Assembly: GCA_034411995.1 (NCBI GenBank)
Contig: DAOUME010000030.1
Coordinates: 47,409 to 111,408 of the forward strand
Length of the DNA stretch: 64,000 nucleotides
Origin: Anaerolineae bacterium
Lineage (GTDB): Bacteria > Chloroflexota > Anaerolineae > UBA7937 > B3-Chlor
Reading direction: 5' to 3'
The notes below the pieces were generated by a model that did not search any database, had not been told where the DNA came from, and worked only from the letters and a program-made list of their open reading frames with translations. Shown here one piece after another: positions 57,883 to 64,000 of the stretch (positions within the stretch are counted from its first letter, which is position 1; the number at the start of each line of letters is the position of its first letter). Made by a program: the position numbers and the translations under genes.

Positions 57883-59538
57883 CTACGGTCGAGTTATCAA
57901 CTCGATGTTGAACGGCCTCATACGTATGGTCGGCCAATTCCCAATCTGGTCGCTAGCACCGTAAGGCTCGTTGGCATACACGAGGAAAACTCCAGCCGCG
58001 TCATCATGAAGCAGTTGGCCGAACTCCCGGGCTAGTTCTTCTCTCTTCCCAGCATCGAGCTCGGTCAGCATTTGATTCAGCAAAGCCGCGCTTTCCTCTG
58101 TCGCATAAGATGTGAACTTGCCCTGGGGGTCATAGAAGATAGTCGCTGGTGTCAACGCTTCAGCGAAGGGCTGGCCTCTCTGAGTAAAGAGATAGTCGTT
58201 TGCCTGACCGGCCAGCAACTCATCTCTCACAGAACCCCAGTCCGTGGGCACTATGGTGACATCGATCCCGATCTCCTGCCAGTACATGGCCACAGCCTCG
58301 CCGATGGTGGGAAGCTCGGCCCCCGGATTCATGGTGAGGGTCTTCAGGCTGAGCGGAAAGCCATCAGGGTAGCCAGCCTCCGCTAGCAGCTGTTTCGCCA
58401 CATCTGGATCGTAAGGATAGGGTTCTATGTCGATCCACCCAGGAACAGGGTTGGAGGAACCTGCTGGTATCGCTTCACCGTGGAATATGGTCTCAGCGAT
58501 GGCTTCCCTGTCCACCGCGTAATTGAGGGCCTGGCGAACCCTCGTGTCTGCCCACGGCTGATCCGCGACGTAGCGTTCAGACTGGCTCTCGACGACCCCG
58601 CCAAACCAGATCAGTGGCACCCAGCTTCCAGGGATAGAAACCACACTGAGTCCCGCCCCGGTGACCGCTTCCACAGAGTCATAGGAGATAGGGGCCAGAT
58701 CCACCTCGCCCGCCAGCAGCATCGCTACCCTGGTTGCTTCCTCCGGCACGAGCAGGAAGGTAACAGTCTCAAACTCGGGTGTTACCCGCCAGTGGTTCTC
58801 GATACCCTCGATCGTCTTCAACACGATCGGCCCTGCTGCCTGATGCTCCTCCGCGAGAGTGTAGGGACCGGTCCCGATCGGGTGGGAGTTTGCCTCTTCG
58901 TCACCCACGGATTCCACATACTTCTTGCATACGATCATCCCTCCAGCGTTGTAGTCCATCAGTAGGCTGGGGACAAGCACAGCGTATGGCTTTTGGAGGT
59001 GAAGAACGACCGTATAAGGGTCTGAGACCTCGATGGTGTCGATCAGTGCCCGTAGCTGCCCCGCCGGGCTGCCAATCGAGTCCTCACCGATCATCCTTTC
59101 CCAGCTATACTTGACATCCTCGCCGGTCATTTCGCCCCAGCCCTCATGGAACTGAACACCCTGGCGTAGATGGAAGGTGTACGTCATCCCATCCGGTGAC
59201 ATCTCCCAACTCGTGGCCAGCCCGGGTTGAGGCTCCGCCGTCTCTGGATCCGCGTACGCCAGGAACTCGTAGATCAGACCCAGATATGTCTGGCGTGCCA
59301 CGCCCCCGTTCCAGGGCAAGAAGGTGTCCTCCGCAAAGGAAGACAGGGCCACAGTCAAGCTGCCCGTCGGTCCTGCTGGAGTTGGAGTGGAAACTGGAGT
59401 TGGCGGTGCGGTAGGGGCTGCAGTAGGAGGCACAGTGGGGGCTGCAGTGGGGACAGGCGTTCCACAGGCACCCAGCAGCATTACACCCACGAGCATCGCC
59501 GCCAGCAAGGTGAACCTAAGCGACTTGACCTCTCTCAT
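57883..59538 (-). CDS. ABC transporter substrate-binding lipoprotein, family 5
   Basis: Track ORF 57883..59625 trimmed to ATG 59538 (GGAGGGAG upstream). Signal peptide with lipobox LLGAC, a Pro/Thr/Ala linker, and the family-5 block PGLATSWE. Confidence 0.9.
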   Translation of the reverse strand: MREVKSLRFTLLAAMLVGVMLLGACGTPVPTAAPTVPPTAAPTAPPTPVSTPTPAGPTGSLTVALSSFAEDTFLPWNGGVARQTYLGLIYEFLAYADPETAEPQPGLATSWEMSPDGMTYTFHLRQGVQFHEGWGEMTGEDVKYSWERMIGEDSIGSPAGQLRALIDTIEVSDPYTVVLHLQKPYAVLVPSLLMDYNAGGMIVCKKYVESVGDEEANSHPIGTGPYTLAEEHQAAGPIVLKTIEGIENHWRVTPEFETVTFLLVPEEATRVAMLLAGEVDLAPISYDSVEAVTGAGLSVVSIPGSWVPLIWFGGVVESQSERYVADQPWADTRVRQALNYAVDREAIAETIFHGEAIPAGSSNPVPGWIDIEPYPYDPDVAKQLLAEAGYPDGFPLSLKTLTMNPGAELPTIGEAVAMYWQEIGIDVTIVPTDWGSVRDELLAGQANDYLFTQRGQPFAEALTPATIFYDPQGKFTSYATEESAALLNQMLTELDAGKREELAREFGQLLHDDAAGVFLVYANEPYGASDQIGNWPTIRMRPFNIELITRP

Positions 59539-59809
59539 TTCTCCCTCCTCTTCTCTGTGTAGATTTGGCCTTGCCGACCCTAAGCTTTTCATCTCTTCCT
59601 CCCTTTCTCCGTGTTGATTCCACATCGCCTGTTAGAGTTTTGTCATCTCTCCCTCCCGATCTTCCGATCCTCGTCTAATGCGAATCCACTTCCGTGATGT
59701 AGTTGACAGGGAGCCCCCGCAACTGTCTGTTCGTCCCTCCACACGCGTGCCCAGCGGCCTGTCACAGAAAGGTGTTGCGCACTGAGCACCGCTGACTACC
59801 AGACTTCAC

Positions 59810-62209
59810 TTACAGCGGCTGCCCGTGCTCCGTCCGCCCGATAATCTCGTCTTGGACCGCCTTGGTTAGCTGCACGAAGTAGGCGCTGTAGCCAGCCACC
59901 CTCACCACCAGATCCCGGTGTTGCTCCGGATGTCTTTGTGCGTCCACGAGCGTATCCGCAGAGACGACGTTGAACTGCACGTGCTTCCCCCCGAGGTTGA
60001 AGTAGGTCTTGATCAAGGTCGACAGCTTCTTCAAGTCCTCAGTGTTTTTCAGCGCCGAGGGATGGAACTTCAGGTTCATCAGAGTGGACTGGTAGGGCAC
60101 CTGATCGATCTTTGCCGCGCTCTTGATCAGCGCCGTCGGCCCACGAGTATCCCTACCCCGCATGGCCGACATCGTACCGTCTGCCAAACACTCACCGGCA
60201 CACCGGCCATCCGGTGTTGCCCCAGTCAGCGCGCCCCCGGGCGCCTGCGAGGTGATGGAGATAGCGGCCGGCATATGCCTACCGCCCAGGCGGGTCTCCA
60301 GCGTGGCCGCGGTATCTGCCCAGAACTGGTACAGTTCCTTCGCTACGGAATCCACGTAATCGTCATCATTACCGTACTTGGGGGCCGCCAGGCACTCCCT
60401 ACGCAGCTCCTCGTACCCGTTACCGTGCCAGTTCGCCGCCAACGCCGCTTTGAGTTGCGACATGCTGACCCGTGCCTCGTCGAAGACGAGCTTCTTCACC
60501 GCCGCCAACGAGTCCGCGACGTTGATCATACCCACGAGGTTCAGCACGGCTCCGTTCTCGAAGGGCATCGTGCGATCGTACATGTCCTTTCCCACTTCGA
60601 TGGCGTCGGCCATCAGCGAAGATCGCACCGGATCTGGGAAGAGATCTCTGGCGACGGCCAACTCCACATTGTTGCGCTCGGCCGCCAAGCCCATGAAGTG
60701 GGCCAATTGCTTCTTGAATGCGGCCATCAACTCCTCGAACGAGGAGAAGTCCTCCAGGTCTCCCGTTTCCAGACCCACCCGCAGGCCAGTATTGGGGTCT
60801 ACTCCGTTGTGCATGAAGATGTCGAGAACGAGCGGCACGATGAACATGCCATAGGGTCCAATCCTGGACCTACCCATGATGTTCACATCGAGACATCCGG
60901 TTATGACGTAGTCTCGCGCCGTCCGCAGCGGGACGCCATGGTTGAGCAAGAACTCGATGTAGGACTTGTCTCCCACAAAGGCGGGCATGCCGATGCCGGT
61001 CTTGACCACCTCCAGAGCTTTGAGCATCAGGGCTTCAGGGGTTCGCTCATGCACCCTCAGCGTAATGGTGTGATGCGGAGTGGGGCACTCTAGGGCCGCC
61101 TGCAAGATGAGGTAGGTCAGTTCGTTGGTGGCGTCCTCTCCTTCAGGGGTCACACCACCGATGGTCCAGTTGTGCCACTTGGCCAACCCGGCGTTCTTCT
61201 GGCGCAGGAGCCGACCAGAAGTCCTGTTCAACTGCATATCCTTGATGCGCAGACACTCTAGCAGTTCCAGGACCTGGTCGTCGGTGATGCTGTCCTCTTC
61301 CCTATCCCTCTTGTAGAAGGGGTACATGTACTGGTCAAACCGACCCGCAGCGGCGGTCGTCTGCGGGTTCGTGACCAGGAACATATACCAGAAAGACTGC
61401 ATGGCCTCGTGGAAAGTTCTCGCTGGTTCAGCGGGGACCCGGCGACACATCTCGGAGATATGCACTAGCTCAGCCTTGCGGTTCGGATCTCGCTCTGTGA
61501 CCGCCATTTCCGCGGCCAAATCCGCGAACCTGTTGGCGAAACGGATGATGGCCTGATGTGCTTCAATCACTGACCACAGAAAGTAGGCCTTGCCTGCCGA
61601 GTCTACCCCCCCGAATCTCGTGCGGGCCAGTTCGGCTTGAGCTTCTGCGATGATGCTGTCGAGGCCAGAGTTCAGCACTTTGGCAAAGTCGTACCCGCAC
61701 AGAACGAAGCCAGGGCCCAGACCCATGCCCCCCTGGGCGTATCCTCCGCCGCTGCCCTCCTCCCTGTTCTTCCAGGGAGGAAGCACTACGCCGGACTGCA
61801 TGAAGGGCCAGAGCCTCTCGTCGTCGTACAGCTCCCCCGTTCTGGCGACGAGGTTGCTGTGCCTCCAGTAGTCGTTGAGCTCCCTCAGTTCTGCTTCGTC
61901 CTTGTCTGAAGCTGTGAACCCCTCTTGCTTCAGAGCATCTATCTCGTCCTGGGGCCAGATGGCGACGTCGCAGTCGAACTCCACCCCCATGGGTTTGCTG
62001 GCAGCGTTGCCAACTATCAGTTCATCTTCTTCGATGAATATCGGTATGTTGTCCAGGACATTGGCCAAAGCCTCGGCCCGTCGCAGGATCTGGGGCTCGC
62101 CCTCAGTCTGCCTCAACGACTCGGTGAGAAGCCTGATCTTCTCGACGCAGAGGGGATACTGGTCCACGAAAAGGCGTTCTCTCAGTCTCTCTATTCTCTC
62201 CTTGCCCAT
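59810..62209 (-). CDS. Glycyl-radical enzyme, paralogue of 47932-50334
   Basis: 799 aa. RVAGYSAYFV and thiyl loop TGCLDV (nt 60898-60887). It is about two-thirds identical to the other GRE over the blocks I aligned by eye. A 29-nt identical DNA stretch covers the glycyl motif (59871-59899 versus 47993-48021). Confidence 0.9.
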   Translation of the reverse strand: MGKERIERLRERLFVDQYPLCVEKIRLLTESLRQTEGEPQILRRAEALANVLDNIPIFIEEDELIVGNAASKPMGVEFDCDVAIWPQDEIDALKQEGFTASDKDEAELRELNDYWRHSNLVARTGELYDDERLWPFMQSGVVLPPWKNREEGSGGGYAQGGMGLGPGFVLCGYDFAKVLNSGLDSIIAEAQAELARTRFGGVDSAGKAYFLWSVIEAHQAIIRFANRFADLAAEMAVTERDPNRKAELVHISEMCRRVPAEPARTFHEAMQSFWYMFLVTNPQTTAAAGRFDQYMYPFYKRDREEDSITDDQVLELLECLRIKDMQLNRTSGRLLRQKNAGLAKWHNWTIGGVTPEGEDATNELTYLILQAALECPTPHHTITLRVHERTPEALMLKALEVVKTGIGMPAFVGDKSYIEFLLNHGVPLRTARDYVITGCLDVNIMGRSRIGPYGMFIVPLVLDIFMHNGVDPNTGLRVGLETGDLEDFSSFEELMAAFKKQLAHFMGLAAERNNVELAVARDLFPDPVRSSLMADAIEVGKDMYDRTMPFENGAVLNLVGMINVADSLAAVKKLVFDEARVSMSQLKAALAANWHGNGYEELRRECLAAPKYGNDDDYVDSVAKELYQFWADTAATLETRLGGRHMPAAISITSQAPGGALTGATPDGRCAGECLADGTMSAMRGRDTRGPTALIKSAAKIDQVPYQSTLMNLKFHPSALKNTEDLKKLSTLIKTYFNLGGKHVQFNVVSADTLVDAQRHPEQHRDLVVRVAGYSAYFVQLTKAVQDEIIGRTEHGQPL

Positions 62210-62300
62210 CTGTGGCCCCTATCGGTCGCCTCAGCTTGCCTACTGAAACTGCTGAAAGGACAAGTGCATCTCGACCAGCACACCAGCGAATCGCGCTGCT

Positions 62301-63545
62301 TCAGTACACTCCATACTCTCTGGTGGCATCCACCCACACCTTGACCAGCTCCGGGTCCGCCTCGGCCATGGATGAACTGGAGCCCATGACGAAACCGCCA
62401 CCTTTGCCTACGACCTCGATCAGTTCCCTGGTCAGAGCCCGAATCTGCTCTGGAGTTCCGCCTCGAAGCAACGACACCGGGAACCCGGCCATGATGCACA
62501 TGGTATCGCCCAGCACGTCCTTCACCTTGAACAGATCGCTGCGGTCGAACCGACCGATGGTCTTGCCCCTCGGCAATTCGCGCAGATACTGAAGGCGCTG
62601 GTCGTAGCTGCCCTCGTAAAAGACATGAGGAGTGACCCCGCCATCGATCAGGCCCAACAACATGGCTTTCAAGGATGGCCAGTAGAAGGTCTCGAACTGC
62701 TCCAGGGACATGAACCCGTCGGAGCCACGATGGAGAGCGACGAAGCAATAGAGACTCCCACTCGCCTTCGTAACAGCCACCGTGTGGTTCACGAGTATCG
62801 GCAGCACCTTCTCCTGCGCGGCCAAGAGCTTGTCCGGACAACGATACATGTCCAGCATGATGCCCCGCATACCCCTCAGGGTATCGGACAAGAAGTCGAA
62901 GGGAGCGGTGAGATAAGCGCCACTTCTCAGCGACATGGGAAACCCCAGGGCCTCCATCCTCTGCGCGGCGACCTTCCTGGCAGCCCTGGTCCGCACCATC
63001 TCCTTGCTCGTCTCCAGGAGCGCCTCCAATGAGGCCATGACGCTAGGCTCGTCCAGCACTCTGACGTTGGGCAGCGCGGGGTAGCCCATCAGCATGATGG
63101 GCAAACGCGGCAGCTCTGCAAAGCCCTCCAGGGCAGAATAGGCCCGCGGCAAGAAGGTACGTAAGGTGAAGTCAGTGGGATCGTCCAGGAAGGCATCGTA
63201 TTCCTCTGCCTTGAGGTACTCCCCTTCGACGAACTGGAAGGTCCCGTTGGGGCCCAAGCCGTAGCCCGGCCACTTCGTCTGCCTGTCGCCCAGCAGCACG
63301 CTGGGCAGTGGCGAGAATGTCGCCCCTCGGGCTATGTCGGGCTCGAAGTACAGCGCGTACTTTTCCAGGAGCGCCTGAGCCTTGTCATGGTCGCGCTCCA
63401 ATTCCTCGTAAGTGATCCCGCCCAGGCGAGCCAGCATGTATCCAAAGTTGAGATCGATGGGCACGCGATCCGGCACCCTCAGCTCGTAGGCATCCTTAAC
63501 ACGCTTGGTTCGCTCGGCCAGCAACTCTTCAGGCGTCTTGGGCAT
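62301..63545 (-). CDS. Uroporphyrinogen-decarboxylase (URO-D) family protein (MtaA/CmuA-like fold, function unknown)
   Basis: The APFDFLSDTLRGMRGIMLDMY and HVFYEGSYD..LQYL blocks resemble the URO-D/methyltransferase TIM-barrel family. The start is ambiguous (ATG 63545, 63584 or 63611). I chose 63545 because MPKTPEELLAERTKRV looks like a family N-terminus and it avoids overlap with the MFS gene. Confidence 0.55.
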   Translation of the reverse strand: MPKTPEELLAERTKRVKDAYELRVPDRVPIDLNFGYMLARLGGITYEELERDHDKAQALLEKYALYFEPDIARGATFSPLPSVLLGDRQTKWPGYGLGPNGTFQFVEGEYLKAEEYDAFLDDPTDFTLRTFLPRAYSALEGFAELPRLPIMLMGYPALPNVRVLDEPSVMASLEALLETSKEMVRTRAARKVAAQRMEALGFPMSLRSGAYLTAPFDFLSDTLRGMRGIMLDMYRCPDKLLAAQEKVLPILVNHTVAVTKASGSLYCFVALHRGSDGFMSLEQFETFYWPSLKAMLLGLIDGGVTPHVFYEGSYDQRLQYLRELPRGKTIGRFDRSDLFKVKDVLGDTMCIMAGFPVSLLRGGTPEQIRALTRELIEVVGKGGGFVMGSSSSMAEADPELVKVWVDATREYGVY

Positions 63546-63597
63546 CCGCCTGCCTTCTTCTGCTCTCCTGGCGAACCGACGCATAGCCTCTACTGGC

Positions 63598-64000
63598 TCA
63601 GCTTGGACCATCGGCCCCAGCCTTCCGCCTACTCTTCCGGAAACGCCCCAGGCTCACATACCCTACGAAGCCCCCCAGACCCAGGAGCGGGGCGCAGCCG
63701 CCTACTCTGAACGCGCCTCCGTATCCCCAGACAGGCACCATCTGACCAGCAGCAGCAGATCCTGCGCTGACTCCCAGGTCAAGCATGGCTCAGTAGGTGG
63801 CCATCGCCGAGCCTCGGTGATCTGGCTCGGCAACATCCATCACCAGAGCCTGGAGGGCCGGGTCCGCACTCGCCAAGCCGATGCCGCACACAGCCCCTGC
63901 CAGGGCCAACATGCCCGTGGACGAGGCGTGGGCGACCAACATGAGGCCAGCGCACACCAACAACATCCCTGGGACGATGGAGACCGAACGGCCGTAGCTG
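63598..64000 (-). pseudogene. MFS-type transporter, C-terminal part, interrupted by one in-frame TGA (63792-63790). The 5' end lies outside the window.
   Basis: My translation of the minus strand from the right edge gives ...GMLLVCAGLMLVAHASSTGMLALAGAVCGIGLASADPALQALVMDVAEPDHRGSAMATY*AMLDLGVSAGSAAAGQMVPVWGYGGAF... Both halves are in the same frame, and together they form the usual MFS '..P..RG.A.G.Y......G...G' region. Confidence 0.6.

Noticed and set aside
63790-63792. In-frame TGA of the MFS gene as a selenocysteine or recoding site
   Set aside because: The position lies in an ordinary transmembrane/loop segment with no redox role. I noticed no SECIS-like hairpin directly downstream. TGA terminates several well-supported genes in this window.
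1-64000. Search for CRISPR arrays, IS elements or transposases, integrases, tRNA/rRNA genes, toxin-antitoxin or defence-system genes, and microcompartment shell genes
   Set aside because: I found no regularly spaced direct repeats. None of the ORFs shows motifs of these families. The window reads as purely metabolic and transport genes, so no such feature is reported.

Overview
This is a 64-kb, high-GC (about 60% by eye), very gene-dense bacterial window. I count about 48 protein-coding genes, most of them on the minus strand. I recognised no rRNA, tRNA, CRISPR array, transposase, integrase or phage genes. The content is anaerobic catabolism, rich in paralogues. From left to right: (1) A DHOD-family flavoprotein (partial), a GntR regulator, an M19 dipeptidase, a PD40-repeat lipoprotein, a UxaA-type dehydratase, a flavin reductase coupled to a HisD paralogue, and WrbA. 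(2) A tight four-gene operon of a divergent glycine-decarboxylase-like pair (GcvPA/PB family), an AcoX-like ATP-NAD kinase homologue and an SDR. (3) A roughly 16-kb same-strand cluster: GntR, three tungsten-type aldehyde:ferredoxin oxidoreductase (AOR) paralogues (two with altered cofactor motifs), two poly-[4Fe-4S] subunits, an Isf-type flavoprotein, an M29-like protein, an Opp/Dpp-type ABC importer and a SnoaL-like protein. (4) An S9 peptidase and a BtpA / FGGY kinase / TIM-isomerase sugar module. (5) A roughly 19-kb same-strand locus, the most interesting part of the window. It holds two paralogous glycyl-radical enzymes whose thiyl loop reads G-C-L-D instead of the usual C-x-E or C-C, one activase and an acyl-CoA ligase. 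It also holds a 2-hydroxyacyl-CoA-dehydratase/benzoyl-CoA-reductase-like pair with no activator ATPase, a second Opp-type importer, a URO-D-family protein, a PrpD remnant and an MFS gene broken by an in-frame TGA. Both GntR genes are preceded by perfect TTGACA-N17-TATAAT promoters in AT-rich patches. All family assignments come from motif recognition by eye and memory; no searches were run. Start codons are provisional, and I moved them only where a Shine-Dalgarno sequence or a stop/start overlap supports the change.
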